Shown: one piece after another, positions 35,390 through 50,536 of the stretch | Layout: the number at the start of each line of letters is the position of its first letter | Position numbering within the stretch: the first letter of the stretch is position 1 | Assembly (NCBI GenBank): GCA_025786725.1 | Contig: JAHLTZ010000007.1 | Span: 124,001-188,000, forward strand | Origin: Syncephalis fuscata S228 | Taxonomy: Eukaryota; Fungi; Zoopagomycota | Direction of reading: 5' to 3' | Length of the DNA: 64,000 nucleotides | Program-made: the position numbers and the translations under genes | Notes under the pieces: model-generated | Seen by the model: only the letters and a program-made list of their open reading frames with translations | What the model was told of the DNA's origin: nothing | The model's database searches: none

Positions 35390-38300
35390 GTAGTAGTAGT
35401 CAGTATTATAGAATATGATTATGTATACCGCTTATAGCTACTTACCAAATGCTGTCGGTTCTCCTTCCCATGTTACAAGCCAGTTTGGCCTTGATCGTCG
35501 ACCATTTTTGTTAACAAAGAAGGCAAACTCGTCGTAACATAGTAAAAAGTCACCATTGCGGATACGGAAGATGGCAATTGGCCGAGCACTTTCCCGTCTA
35601 AGGACAAAGTTTAATGCTTCATCTGCTGGATCCAGTAGACCAAGTGTATTAAGTGTTTCTAAATCAACTACTTCAAATCCTTTGTTGCAACCAACACAAA
35701 GTTTTGTTTTAAGGAAATGAATCGATGATGATTCAGTAGGAATATAGAATTCCTAAAGTAAATTAATAGTAATAAATAATGATTAGTATAATTTATATAT
35801 ATATATATATAATTAGCGTATTATTAAATGGCATCATACTTACTCGATAAACCTTCATCGTTTCATTATTGCGTAAAATCATACCAAGAGACTTTTTCTT
35901 GTTATTCATAGCAGATACTGGTTCCAGTGTGTTAATAGTCGAGTAAAGAGCGGCCGACTTGACTACACAGACCAATGTACGATTCATGCAAACGCCAACC
36001 TTGAAGAATGATACGTGTGATTTAATTTTGCGGCCACTACGTTTTGTCGACGATGATTCAAGCGGCATAAGACAGTCCATTGGATAGGAAGTAAGAGTGC
36101 GGCTTTTATCTATTTGTATATCAATCGTTTATTAGCTTCTTTATTTACCATTGGTGCTTAACTACTTACCGTGCAATATTAAAACCATATTATAATCCTC
36201 AAGAATCTCAATTTTATGTACTTTCTCCAGATCCAAAGTTTTGGCTAATGTATCAGGCTGTGCCTCCATGCCTACATATACACCATCGTCGGTACCTATT
36301 ACAAGTTTACGACCTTGATCTAATTGCATAATATGTTGATTAGTATTGAAACAGTATTGCTGGTAATTGCTAATACTCACTGAACACTGCTGAGCAATTG
36401 ACACGTGATGTCTTGTGGAAATGACGGTCAGAGAGAGTGATAATGCTAAAGATTTGCCGCGATTGAACTACTAGCTCACGCTGTGCCTCAATCTTCTCGC
36501 GCCATTGCCATCGTTCTGCCTGAGATGATGCATACAATACAATTTCCATACCGTTACGGCCAAGGTGTGTAAGTGTAATGGGGAAGCCAGCCTTGGTAGC
36601 TTCATTCGTACGAGTAGATGAACTAGTTGAAGTAGGGGCCGGTGTATAGGCCGACGATAATGAGCCGCCATTAATGCCTTTAGTGCCAGAAAAGATGGAA
36701 CTTGTACGACGAGCTGTTTGGCGTAATGCTGGCTCATCAGCAATGGTCAATGAAAGCATTTCCAAGGGAATGGGCTGTTTATGTACTTTGTAGCCACCGC
36801 CATCCTTTGCTTTGCGTCGTTTGGCCAACAATAAACAATGGTCGAATAGGAATACCGTCACTTCAACCTGGTCAACATTGGCACGCTTCTTCAAAGTGCC
36901 TTCACGAACCAATTGTCGTTCTGGATTAAGTAGCGCTAGCTTTTGTAGATCCGATTGATTACAAAGCAATTCGTCGTTAAGTTTCGTTAAACGAATACGC
37001 GTATCAGCTCGTCCAGCCTCTGAGTTGATATTTTTCAATAATACACGGATTTTTTCTACTGCTAGTATTAGATCCTCTCTATCGGGATGTCCTTCTGGCG
37101 ATGCCTTTATTACTGCTTCAAGCAATAGTGGATAGCGTGCCAATCGCGTCGTTGGTCGACCAAGGAAACTTTGAATAGGTAGCTTGCGTGATTCAGGCAT
37201 GCGTTCACGCTGCTCAAGCCAGCGTGGTAATTCGCGATATTTCTGAATAGCTGTATCAAGATGGTGCTTTGCGTATGGCTGATGCGCACCATAGGATACA
37301 AACGGATCAAAGTTGTCCACATGAGCAAGGAATATATCGCCAACACGTTCCACGACTGCCTTTTCTTCTTGTCGTTTCAACAAAGCTTGGGCAAGCGGTG
37401 CACTAATTTGACGAATAACCGAAACGTTATGAAATACCTGAACAATGAAATCATCCAGTTCTACCGGGTCCCAAATGATATTAGCATAACGAAGCGGTTC
37501 CATGTAAAGACGTTCAAGAATTTCTAAATCTTCTACAAAGTCTTTTTCGGTATAAATAACCTCATAGATAATTTCCTGTCGTTTCTGTTCCTCCTTCGAC
37601 ACCGAATCTGAAATCTCCTTTGGTACCGATTCTATCCAAAGTGTTTGTTTCCGTTCACCACTTAAACCAGATCGGCTGCTAGTACGTTTCAAACCACTGG
37701 CTAGCTGCAGTTTAAGTCGTGCTTGTTGTTCAAGTCGTCGAGGACACGAAATACTGTAGCAAAGCGATTCGCGTGTACAGGTGGGCGAATAACAATCGGC
37801 CAATAGCGTGAAAACGCCATTTGGTAGTGCACTGGGTGCTAGATCCATTAATTCAGATTCTGTGGCCGCACTGGGCGAATGGCCACCATTATAGCTTCTG
37901 TGATCAGAGTCATTATCTTCGCCAATGTATGGTGATTGCAGTGTATCGAGGCCATCTCTATGTAAATCTGTTAGCATAGCATCTTCACGGAATTGGTATA
38001 TTTCATTTGGATTATCGCGCAATCGATGATCATAGGTTACATCGTGGAAGTAGCGCTGCGAATCAAGAGCACGGCCCAGCAACAAAGCAAGGTTACGATC
38101 ACCCGTTTTGATAATAAAGCAGAGCACATCAACAGCATCCCGACCGTTGAAGCTGGCCTTGTATTCAAGTGCATCTTTGTAGTGTGTCTGTAAAGTAATT
38201 CGCGAACGGAATGCATCGGCTACTTTAGACAATAATGCTGGGTAAACAATAGGCACCTTATGGGTGCTAGATGATGTAGAACCAAGCGGATTTACTCCAT

Positions 38301-39667
38301 TACCGTTGGAGAAAAAGCCGCCAGACAATGGACTAATGGCCCTTGGAACAGGCGACGTATTGAGTGAACTAAGCGAGTTGCAACGATAATCGCTAGCTGC
38401 GCGACTACGTACGGCAGCAGTAGGACCGGCCTGGCCCATACCTTTATGGCCCGTTAGTGATGGCGATGGAAAATCGCGTCCTCCATCGGATACGCTACGC
38501 GAATGTGTGGGACTACCGATATTTAAATGCATATCAAGGGGTGGTGCTAATAATTAATTAATAATTAAAGGTTAATTAAACTATTAAACTATTAAATATA
38601 TGTATCTACTACTTACGTTTCTGGATAGGTCCGCGATGATAAGTATTTTGTGGCTGATTTTCTGCCGCAATAGATGTACCAGTAACTGCAGTTGTTGATG
38701 CTGATCCGTTACTGGAATAATTACTATTATTATAATCTAAATTGCTCGTATAGTGTAGGAAGATATCAGCTGGTAATTCTAGTGGCGACTCCACTGTTAC
38801 AGTTTCTTTTCCAACAGTTAGCCGTTGGGTATCGATTGAACCATTAAAGTCTATAGATGGCTGATGATAGCCGTTATTGTTGAGCAAAGACTGGGTTGCT
38901 GACGTGGTCGTAGCGTGGTTTAATCCGTGCTGTGTAGGTAAATCCGCTGTAGTTATTTGTATTGGTACTTCGGGACTTGGATTCGTATTCAGCTTAACAG
39001 ATGAAAAGTCGGGTAAAGCGAAATCTTCCGATAACATAGACAACTCCACAGTAGGTGGTCGATCTGTCGATAATATAGTGTGTCGCGATGATGAAGAGTC
39101 TGCACGATGGTGTCTATTTAGTTCACCGCTATACCGTGAGTATAAATCAGCTCCGTTCATCGGAGTATTTCCTTGGCTAGCAGCAGCCTTGGCATGAAAG
39201 AAGCTGGGTGCTGCCTGAGACATGCTCTGTGAATCACTGGCGTTTTTACGATAGCCGGGCTGTGGTAATGGTCGGCCTACTCGTGAGCCATTCTTAGCTT
39301 GGCCAAAATCGGGTAATGAAGCACCGCTATGCTGTAGCCGAGAAGTCGACATATTTCGAGACGCTGAATAAGCGTGGCTTTGTTGAGATTGAATATTTGG
39401 ATCCGACGGACGTCTTCCGTGTACATCGCGATCGGCATGATATATGGATGACGACATGTGAAAGGCGGCGTTACCGTTGGTATTGCCAGTAATATTATTG
39501 TAATACGATTGAGATGAATAGCCGGCTGGATAACCTTGTTCGTTACTTGAAGACGAAGAGTTGGCCCGTAGACGATATTGAATATTATTATTATTATTTG
39601 AACTTTCAGATGCGCCGTTTGAACGCGATAAATTGTGCGATCCTTCCGATGACTGGTGGCCAGACAT
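35132..39667 (-). CDS. Rho1 guanine nucleotide exchange factor Rom1/Rom2/Rgf1-type (DEP-DH-PH-CNH)
   Basis: VYPALLSKVA, DRNLALLLGRALD (DEP), CYSPTC...CYSISCPRR, RQEIIYEVIYTEKDFV...RPTTRLARYPLLL (DH), FLFDH (PH), and CNH exons (LVIGTDDGVY, FYIPTESSSIHFLKTKLCVGC). Confidence 0.95.
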
Positions 39668-42189
39668 TATAAATGGCAATTGCAAGTAACGTAGTAATAA
39701 TACGGATAATACGAATAATAATGATGCTGACAATAATGTAGCGTTGTTATCAGGCTTAAGCAACGATCGCCTGCGCCTGCGTCAGAGCGAAAAGAAACAC
39801 ACGATTGTGTACGTTTAGCAGAACTAAGAATAGCAAATAATTTTGCTAAAAGTCAAATTTAACGTTTCCAAAATAATTTCTAAACATTAAATAGCATTAA
39901 ATTAGTAATAATTCATATATATATATATATATTAAGCTTTCCAACTAACTCTCTCTATTTTACATCCATATATTTCTACATGCAATCGCTATTACCAATT
40001 TATTACACTTACCAAGTAATAATCAATTCATTCAATATTAACGGCAAATTTCCAATAATATTGAGCTATAGTAAATAGACAATAATTAGATATAATTAGT
40101 AACAGAGTATTAATGCATTTAAATGACCCTCTAATCTAATGGCCAATCATTAAAAGGTGTATATCTATTGGCTAAAATAGCTATAGATAAAATAGTATAT
40201 ACATATGCATATGGATGTAAATTTACAAAATATAGTATCTTGGTCCATGCATTATGATGGCTATTAAAAACACAAATACAATGTTATTATTACACTGTAT
40301 TAATAATGCATACATCTACTCATTAGAGTTTACAGTCTGTAATAGTTGAAGGTGTACTATTCTATCTTAGACCATACACACACACACCAACTGTTGCACA
40401 CTGTTATTTTACAGATTGGATGTACTTGTAATAAATACAGTATGCTAATAACACTTGTACTGCACTTTACAGTCTAATACTGCCTATATGCCTATATAAA
40501 ATAAATACCCACCTATCTAGTTGAACTAACTAAACAACCGATAGATACGCGTGGTATGCACACACACACAGAAGCAGAGAGAAAAAAGACTAAACTCCAC
40601 GATTGTAAAGCAATCCAATGGCGGATAGTGCAACTATAACGAGGAGCGAAAGGGAGAAAGCGAGAAGGAAGAAGGGAATAAAGAAAGGAAATAACGTGAG
40701 TGTTTTAGTAATAATGGTAAAGATGAAGAAAGCAAGGTGGGGAATTGGTGAACAAAGAGATCTGATGGCGGTGGTGTTGTTGTTTATGACTATGGCTGTG
40801 TTATTGTTGTTGTTGTTACTGCTATTGCAGTCCAAACTGACAAGGAAATGAGAGAAAGAAGCGAGGACAGAGTTTAATGAACGTGGTTGGAGGCGCAAAG
40901 GGGCAAAGAAGTAGCAAAAGTGGTACGTACCTAGTTTGTTAGTTGGCTTGTTGTTGTTGTTGTTATCGTGGTAAAGCGACTTGTCTTTAGAAGAATAAAT
41001 GGTATGAGAAAAGTTAAGGCAGCCTATACGCACAACGCACACTATTCAATACACAAGTTGAGTAAAGCAAGTGTCACACTGTTACAGTAAACGACAGTAA
41101 TGTCCTCGACTAGAGCTAGAAAGACCACTACTACGCAGGTACTGCAATACAAGTAATATGATTATTTGAGCAATGCGGTTATGGTTGCTGTTGTTGTTGC
41201 TGTTGTTATGCAATGTGGACTAATCACACGTATATGCACACGAACACACACGAACACGCACACGAACACGCGCACGCACCAAAGTAAGTAAGTAGCACGC
41301 CGTACAAAGTAAAACGTGGTAGAAGAAGATGAATAGTAAGATAAAGCGAGAGAAGGAGAAGGGACCAGTAATGGAAAGGAATGGAGTTTGATTACGCCCA
41401 GGTAAAGAAACACAGATGTCAAACGCCGCAATCTGACTCAGTGTAGGGTGAATGTTTGTATGTATGTTGTATGTATGCACGTATCAATGCTACGATTTAT
41501 AACAGTCGTGCCGCCAGTGACCAAGAGGAGTCAACGACGAGTGTTGTTGTTGTCAGGACACGAGTGAGAAAAGGCAATAATGAAAGGAAAAAAGCCGAAT
41601 ACAAAAAAAGCAGCGTGGGCATGTAAATGCAAGGTAAAGTATATAGGAATCTATGCGTGGGTGAGAATATTCCTATCACCGCCCATACGTGTGTTATGGA
41701 TGGATCCATGCGACTTAGCCCACCACAAGTACGCAATGCCATTTTCTTAATGCTTGCACTTCATCATACGATAAGACGAAGAACAAGTAACGCAATGGCC
41801 AAGCGTTAGACTCGCCTTGGTGTTACTGGATGGCCGATAAAGAATAGGCCATTAAACCGTTTATTACGATTATTACGATTATTGCTATTATTGTTAGCAT
41901 TTGTGCTAAGCAAGCTCGGCATGAAGATCACTTTTTAGTAAGGATCGAATCATTATTGTAACAAACACACACAGTCTATTAATTACTGATGGGTCTAGAT
42001 GTGTATAATATTACTACTAAGACTATTAATAAATGGAATTGTGTTAATCATAGTATTTTAAATATTATTATTATATTCATCATCGTCATCATTATTGCTA
42101 TTTAGTGGTACTACTTTTTATTAACAATACCACTATTTCTAGTTCATTCTTTTCATCATCGCTGTTTTCTATTGTTAACCCTTTGTAGG

Positions 42190-43356
42190 ATGGCTGTTTC
42201 TGAAGCAACGTCTATAGTTGATACGGTGGTTGTTGATGCAATTGTTGAGGACACGACAGTAACTGACATTACCTTGGCTGATACAACTGCAACGCTTGTC
42301 GCTCTTTCAAAGGCAACCGAAGGCCCGGTTGATATTGCGGTCCTTACGCAACGTTTACGTCAATTAGAACGTCGTTTGCTAGCGCGAGATCCACGTACAG
42401 GCCTAGCCCCATGGGCCGATGAAGCACCAGAACCAACTAATGTATTGGTCAATTCAGGTTTATTGCCAAACAGCACCGACAATGAGATGCCAAGCGAACA
42501 GACCTCTAACCAGGAGGATATGGATGCCGAGCCAACAGAGGAGACAAGTCCAGTGGATCCTGCAACGAAAAGTTTGATGGACCGCCTAACTGCTGTTCGA
42601 GAAGCGATTGAATCACAATTATCACATCGACAAGTGATTAAAGATCTATGGGATCACTGTAAGTAGTAGTGGTAGTAGTAATAAGCTTTTATTTAATTAA
42701 TAATTAATTAACTAATTATTAACTAATTATTAAATTTGTTAATTAAATAGATGAAACGTGTCGACCACTTATTATTCATTCTATTAATGCTAAAACAGGA
42801 ACAACAGGAACAACAGGAGTGCCCATTGAAGATACAGAAGATAAGGCGGATGATAAATTACAGTTTGAACGTGCAGTACTCTCCATCGATGCTCGTGCTC
42901 ATTTACTAGCCGAAACTGCCGATGAATGGATACGTACAGTATCATTATTGGAAGAGGCGTCTGAAAAACAGGCAAATATTAATTCCGTAGAATTTCAACG
43001 TAAGTTTCTACTGCTTTAAACTGTTCATAGATTAAATGTGACCGTGTCTAATATTATATGCTACATGATGAATGTTATTAGAGGTTTCCAAGTTTACGCC
43101 ACGTCTCAAGACAGTCTCTGCAACCAATACAGTTCTAATTGAACAAAGCAAGAAATTAGATGCAAAATTGGGACAGCTTTTGACCGAGTATAATGATACT
43201 GTATCCTTGTTAATAATAGACGAATTACAAATGTAACTTAACTTAAAATACGATTTCTAGATTCATACACTTTCACAGCTTTTCCTTCATTGGAATCAAA
43301 TGTTAGACGATTTGGATGCGCGTGTATCTCTTGCTGAACGACGTGGTCGAATCTAA
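42190..43356 (+). CDS. Dynactin subunit p22/p24 (DCTN3-like)
   Basis: Four exons; coiled-coil LTQRLRQLERRL; the C-terminus LLTEYNDTIHTLSQLFLHWNQMLDDL matches the DCTN3 pattern YN....LS..F..W...L. Confidence 0.72.
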
Positions 43357-44090
43357 TCTGTCAATATACATGATCGTCGTTACAATAAATCGTTTATTAA
43401 TATTTGTTCTTGTTTGTATTATGGCTCATGTTAATCGTGTTACTCTTCAGTTGTTACTATTTGAAAGTTGAAATGTAGTAATACGTGTGTGATACACATT
43501 TATATAATTGAATACTTAAATTTTGATACAAACATTTAATAGTATAATAAGCCTATTAATTAGAATATTTTATTAATCTAAAGTAGTAATTAGAACATAC
43601 TTTATAAATAAGCTAAAGCATATGTCACCGTATTAATGTATCATTTAAAGCAAAATGTTTAACAGACTAATTACTATCTATATTATTAAATCATATTCAA
43701 TCAACGTCAATCGGTCTTTACATATTTGAATTTGCCCATACAAATTCTCACATCAAATGATTACAACACCATCACAATTCCACTATTACAATTCCTCTCC
43801 CTTTTCCCATTTACTAGTGTTGTTGGTATAGTTCACATCTTGTGGTCAATTTTATTACAGCAACCAGCACCGTTAGCGCTACTATCTATTATTGACCGGT
43901 ATTTATTGATATTGCTCCTTTAGTCTTATTATCTAACACGGCCCTTACTATTAATGCACTATTTATAGATAGGTTTTTGATCAGTGGAGACAAGGCACGA
44001 TTCTTGTCAGATTTCAAAACGATAAAACTCACGTGTACACGTGAACGACGATCCTGCGTGCGTTAAGCGACAAGACACGACTCGGCCCGT

Positions 44091-47000
44091 ATGTCGTTCT
44101 TTGGCTTTGACGCTGCACTTCCGACCGCGCTTGAAAATGAGCGTCGTCGGTCGGGCAAGTCGAACGGTCATGGCGACGATACTGGACCACGGCATGCCTA
44201 TGATTCAGGCTATGGCCTAGAGTCGCAGTCAAGTAGCAACAACCATCGAGCGATTGAAACGAGTCTTGAGGCCCACTACTTGCCAGGCAGAGAAGATAAC
44301 CATTTAGGCGGTGAATTGGTAGAAACGTTGGATGAACTTAACGATGAAACGTTTGGTGGACCCGGTGGTGGTAGTGGTAGTGGTGTGGTGGTGTCGATGA
44401 TATGGGCGGTAATATGATTGGTTAGTAACTAGAAGGATAAGAAGTGTGTCGTAATCATATAGATTTTAATATTAAATGTATTTTAATGTTATTTAGATAA
44501 TAATTTTGATTTTGCCGGTACTACAATGCGGGCCACTGCTTTGTTGGAACAAGAACAACAAATGCTTGGTTTTCATCGTGCTCATAACGCTAACTATTCA
44601 GGTAAATGGCTAATATTAGATATAGAGACATATCGTTGATTAATATGTATAATACAGGGCAAACAGCAGCCCATAATCTATCGTCAACAGGTAGCAGTAA
44701 GCAGCTAGTTAATTTATTAATATATTATAGCTTATTATTAATATTGCTAATGTAATTTATAGATAAATCGCATAATAGTCGTCGTGGTGATTATCATGAA
44801 TCACACAATGGAAATCGATTTGATTTGGATGAAATGTTGGCCAGAGGTAAGTTATTAATATAAATATTATAATTAAAGACTAAATTTGTCGTTTTGTTAG
44901 ATACGGCCACGTTAACTTTGGGTCAGTAGTATTACAATAATGGCCATTGTTGTTATATGAATAGCATTCTTATAAATCTACACTATAGACTATCAAGATT
45001 TGATGCAGGCCTCTTCAAAGCGGCCAGCATATGCTGCTCTATGGGACGATGCACCAAGAGGACAGTCACCAGTGGCGAATGTTCCAGCTCCATCGCGCAG
45101 CTCTGCGACCAGTGGAACACCATCGCTTGAGGTAAATAGATAGATATTGGCTATAATAATATTTTGCCCACTCAGTGACTAATGACACTTGTTCAGCCAA
45201 ATATGCTTTCTGGAAACATTTGGGGCACTGGCTATGATGCTGCACAGCGTCAAGGTAAGATACAGCGGATAATTGATAGATGATGGTGCTTATTGCTATC
45301 CGTGTTTGATAGAAGCGCCAAATGCTCAAGTACCAGCCTGGGGTACACCTACTATGTCTGCTGGTGTGCCACCGATGGATCGTCAGTATGGATCACCAGC
45401 AACGGCAATGGGACAATTACCGCAAACGCATATGCCTATGCACCAGACAGTATCGCCTCACATGGCCACGCAATCTAAGCCACCTCTTTCTTTGCAGATA
45501 TTGAGGCAGAGTTGCTAAGAAATGCCCAGAATACTAGTAATGCACCTATGGGTCATATGTCGCAAGCAGCGCTACCGATGCATGGTATAAATACCAATAT
45601 AGCACCTAGTATGGCACCATTAGCGGCTACTGGGCATCCTTCTACGCAACGCACTACACTTAGTGTTACTGAACTAGAAGCAGCAATGAAGCAGTCAATT
45701 ACGCAGCCAGCAACGATCCAAGGCAATGCATTTGGTATTGCAGCCAATACGTCAGGTCCTGTGCCTGTGAATGCGCCCACCTCTGTAGCTGACCAAATGC
45801 TACTTGAACAGCGTAATGCTATACGCGAAGCTAAATTGGCCGCCATGGTATGTAATTATAATAGTTATTTTATTACAAAGATGATTAAAATATCACTATA
45901 GGCCAAGTATAATGGATTAATGACGCAAGGAGATAAAGAGTATGTCCATAAAGTGCAGATTGCTCAGCTAGTTCACCAGGATCCATCAGCCGATGATTTC
46001 TACTGTCGAATGTACACGGCTGTACGTGGTCGTGCTGCAGCCATGGCACCAGAGATTGCATCACGCGAACGCGGTACTGGTCGTGGCCGTCGTGAAACGG
46101 GCATCCAACGAATGCAACAGCAGATCCAGCGTATTGTTAATGATGCCAAGAAACGTCCCAAAACTACTCAAGGTAAGTTGCTAATACGTACTTTATCTTA
46201 TATACAAACTACTAATATGATGAATGATAGTTTCTTTGGAGGGTGCTCTAGGCAAGATTGCCGTTACTTCAGTACGCAATCCTAAGCAATCACTACAGAT
46301 TGAGACATCGGCCAAGCCTACTGATGCCAAGCAACCTGATCCAATGGCCCAAATACGAGCAGCTGGCATTCAGAACGTACGTATTATTTATAACATTATA
46401 TGATCAATACTATTAACACACATGTATATATATAATATAGTCTCCTGCTCTTCATAGGAATGACCGCCGTAAAATTATGCAAATGTCTGAGGCAGTTTAC
46501 GAGCATGTACTTGTTCTTGAAGAACTTGTACGTCAACAATCAACATTGCCACAAAACCCAACTGATAGCGAGGCCGCAGAGAAACTCGAGAAATGGCAAG
46601 TTATTTATTACTAAAGCAATTATTTATTAAACGTATTACAATATAGGCATCAAGACTACTCGGAACATACAGCCAAGCTATGGACAGCTCTATGTGTTAA
46701 TGAACCATTAGGTGTCAAGTAAGTCGCTGTATTATCATTATTATTTGGTCTATTGCTTATAGAATCAATATATAGTTTTCCACATACGTTTATTAGCTTT
46801 CTGTCACTTGGCAAGGCGAAGAAAGTACTGCCACGAGTACTAAGACACTGCACACCTGATCAGACATTGACCATACTTACCGTGTTATTTGCCTGTATGG
46901 ACCAAGTAGATGCTGTACGTCTAGGCGTACAGGCCACTCATGGTGTAGCCAATCTATCGGCCAATGCTGTAGAGCAGCTTGATCTATTCCATAATCACTC

Positions 47001-47697
47001 TATTCCACCGCTATTGGTATTTTTGTCCGATACGCCAATGCGTATTGTTTTGGCTTTGTTATCATTGCTAATGGAACGTGCTAATATTGCTTGGGTTTCT
47101 CGTAGCAAGGTAGGTATTTTGTATATTGAAGCAATATAACTAATATAAACAACATTAATCTAAATATAAACAATACTAGGTTGGCCTAGCATTCCTTACA
47201 ATGTTCCTAAGTAGAGCGGAAATTATTTGCCAAAATGCTAGCACCATGCCAAATCTTGTCTCGCCCGAAGAGACACTGCAATGGTAATTATAGTCAATTT
47301 GCGATGTAGATGTTATTAATGATTATGATTATTGGTATATTTAGGAAGGATATATATAACCGACTATTTGCTTTATTACAAGGAAGCTTTGCTTCTATTT
47401 TCCCGACTAGCGACTCGGATGATGCACACGTCTGGCAATTCTTGGCAGCCGTGGCAGTTGGTGCCAATATCGATCAACAGCATATTCTAGTTACTGAAGT
47501 GAGGTAAGTTATTAATTTCAATTCAAAATATCATAATTAAGCCTATTGATCTATTTAGAGAACGAGTCTTAGAAAATGTGGCTACGGCAATGTCTGGTCA
47601 ATTGCCGGCTGATCAAGCAACTCTACGTATTGCAAATGTCAATCTATTTTTACATGCATTAGGCTTGGATGCATCACAAGTGGCACCTATGCGTTAA
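44091..47697 (+). CDS. PAT1: mRNA decay / decapping activator Pat1
   Basis: MSFFGFD start, DELNDETFG (Dhh1-binding), KYNGLMTQGDKEYV..VQIAQL, DDFY, SLEGALGKI, VWQFLAA, ANVNLFLHALGLDA. Multi-exon, with one apparent 1-nt deletion near 45495. Confidence 0.95.
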
Positions 47698-47972
47698 TTA
47701 TACATTTCTCTACAATCCATTTTGTTAAACAAGAAATCAGAAAAACGATCGGTCAAGCATCATACAAACGGCAGCTGCAACTTGTAAACTGCAGTGTTAT
47801 ACGGTTAATTAAAAATTATAATCATTTAATGACTTTTATTTAATCTATTGCATTAATTTAACGGCAACATTGGGTGTAAAAGTTTACTATTAATATTAAT
47901 AACATTTAATTGTACTGTCCATTTATTACTAAACATTATTATTTAATGATAATAATCATTAGATCAAATATG

Positions 47973-48803
47973 CTAGATGTTTAATGACACGGGTAATGTT
48001 TCCTCGTTATCTTTTGCTGTTAATTCCTCTAGCGCTTCCTCTCGTTCTACAGTAGACCATTCTTCTTCTATTGCTAAAGTATCATTTACCACAGATACGG
48101 TTGGTTTTGTTTTATCTTTAGATGTCAAAGCAGCAATCTCGTCCACTATTGGCACTGATGTTAATGCTGGTGCCAATGTCGGCGATGATGGTGGCGATGG
48201 TGGTAATGGCACGCTAGAAGGATCCACTAATTCTGATTCAGTCTTTGATGTAATATCGTTAATATTACTGTTGCTATTGCTATTTTGAAGTAATTCTGGT
48301 GATTTATCGGCTAATAAAACATGTTCAGATGTCGTTTCAGTAGTTGGATTGGCTGCTCGAACTGCCGCCAATTCATTAACGAACCTAATAGTGCATAATA
48401 TATGTTTAGTATATCAATGATCCATTCCTGCTATAGATACCAACCATTGTACACTAGCAAATAAACAGACGGCAATAGCCAACAAAGCAAATACATGTCC
48501 ATTAAATCCGCTGGCAAATAAAAGAAATAGTAACGATAGAAATAGAGCAACAAACGACACATTCATAGCAAGTAGTAGTTGGGAATTAGCACCCGGCGTG
48601 AAAATAGACGTCCATAATCCTTCGGCGAACTGTTGAAGACCCGACGCTGGTTCATTGTCTACACGCTCAGGTTCGTCAGTCGGTATCGTCGTCAGTAAAG
48701 CAGAGGTTTCTTTTGTAGCATCATTGGAAGCCACATGTCGTTGACGGATTCCTTCATCGGTCGGTGATGTAAGGCTATGGTGGTTATTGCTATTAAGCGA
48801 CAT
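47973..48803 (-). CDS. PKR1: ER V-ATPase assembly factor Pkr1
   Basis: LWTSIFTPG...MNVSFVALF...HVFALLAIAVCLFASVQWF (two TM helices); one intron; acidic tail. Confidence 0.88.
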
Positions 48804-49439
48804 ACTAATCAAGGTGTTTGACGCCGTCAACTCGTGTAGAGAGCGTGCAATCACGTAGAATGTGAATAAGTAACTGAGCAAGTGAGTGAGTGAGTAGAAT
48901 GGAACAAGATAATTGACGTCATTTTAAACATTACAAATAAATATTTTCTATTGCCTTCCTTCTCAACTAAGCTTGTCCTAGCACATACATGTTTAGTGGC
49001 CTGGCATGCTTATTGTACGCATGCACATTTCTATGGATATTTATAAATATTAATTGAATATAGAAATGAAGGTAACGTGACCAAGTCAGCGGATGGTGGC
49101 TATGACGTCTCTCTTGGCACACTTCATTGTACCGATGATATTTGAAACAATAGCAGCAATTATTATACAGCTATAATACAACCATGATACATTTATATAT
49201 ATTACTATTACTATATTCTATATTATTATTGCAAGCAATAAAAGAAATGATAGAACATTGATATATTTGATGTGAACCACTGAACTGTCAATTTGTATGT
49301 GTCATTAGTAATTTAGCTACAAAAATAAAGAATTTCACAAATGGCTAAAATTTCAATTAACGCTATTTCCGCCCTTTCTTCATCGTTGATTGTTGTTGCT
49401 TTGCAACTTATTAGTTTTACTACTTAAACACTATATACC

Positions 49440-50481
49440 ATGGCTGATAACTGGGGTAATCTGATTGATTCTAGATAGCTATTACAGTATATAGTCATAC
49501 TAACTTGATTGTCAACTTTGTAGACGACGAAGAATTTGAAGTGCCAGCCATTGCGCCGCCTTCAAAGCCCAACTGGGATGACGAGGACGTGGACGACGAT
49601 GAGATCAAAGTAAGTCGGCGCTAGTTGTTAACAAAACAACAAGTGCTTGAACTTATGCTAATCAATAATGATTAACTTAGGAATCTTGGGAGGATTCAGA
49701 CGAGGAGAAGGAGAAGACGACAGAAGTGGCGGCTTCTGTAAAGAAGAAGGTACCGCTAGCTCAACGTATTGCCGAGCGCAATGCCGAGAACGAGCGTAAG
49801 CGACAAGAAATGGCAGCGCGTAAAGAAGCAGCAGTAAGTTAATTAATGTTTATATATATATATATACGCGTACTTATAATCTAATTCATTTATAATGAAA
49901 TAGTCAAGTGGCGATGAAGATGAAGACCCAGCTGATCGTAAAAAGCGACTTGCTGCACTGGAACAAGCAGCCGATCTTGAAAACGCCAATGATATGTTCC
50001 GTGGTGTATCTGTACAAGGTAGTTATTCTTCATACAAAAGTATAGTTTATTAATGATGAAATAGATAAAGAAACTGCGGATAAAATTGCAACATTCCATC
50101 CAAAAACAAAAGATGACTTTGAAGCATTTAAAACGGCCCTTGTTGAGCGTATTGAGACATTTAAGGTAAATATGATTTATTAGATAATTATATAACAATA
50201 ATGTGACTAAAACCACGTCATTACTTTAGACCAGCCGTTTCTATCCAGCTATGATCGAGGCATTGTCAACGGAATTGGCCCGTTCACTTAAGGATGTGGA
50301 TGTTCGCAAGATATCTTCGTCACTCTCGCGTATTGCTAATGATAAACAGCGAGAGGCCAAGGCCAAGGAAAAGAAGAAGGGCGCTTCGAAAAAACCATCC
50401 GTTCAAGTGAGCAACTCGGCGATCGACACAACGGATTATGGCGGTGCTTATGAAGATGCGGACTACGACGATTTTATGTAG
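49440..50481 (+). CDS. HCR1: Translation initiation factor eIF3 subunit J
   Basis: MADNWDDEEF...NWDDED...KESWEDSD, ADLENA, PKTKDDF, DVRKISSSLSRIANDK, C-terminal DYDDFM; multi-exon. Confidence 0.93.
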
Positions 50482-50536
50482 ATCGAAATAAAATACTTTG
50501 TGTGTGTGTACGTATACACGCACATATCTATATCCA

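Noticed and set aside
40590-41810. Several ORFs upstream of the RhoGEF gene
   Set aside because: They arise from microsatellites and purine/pyrimidine-skewed sequence; more likely a long 5' UTR or promoter.
49065-49110. SECIS element (ATGA...AA...TGA)
   Set aside because: Helix II pairs poorly and the site is not in the 3' UTR of any UGA-containing gene.
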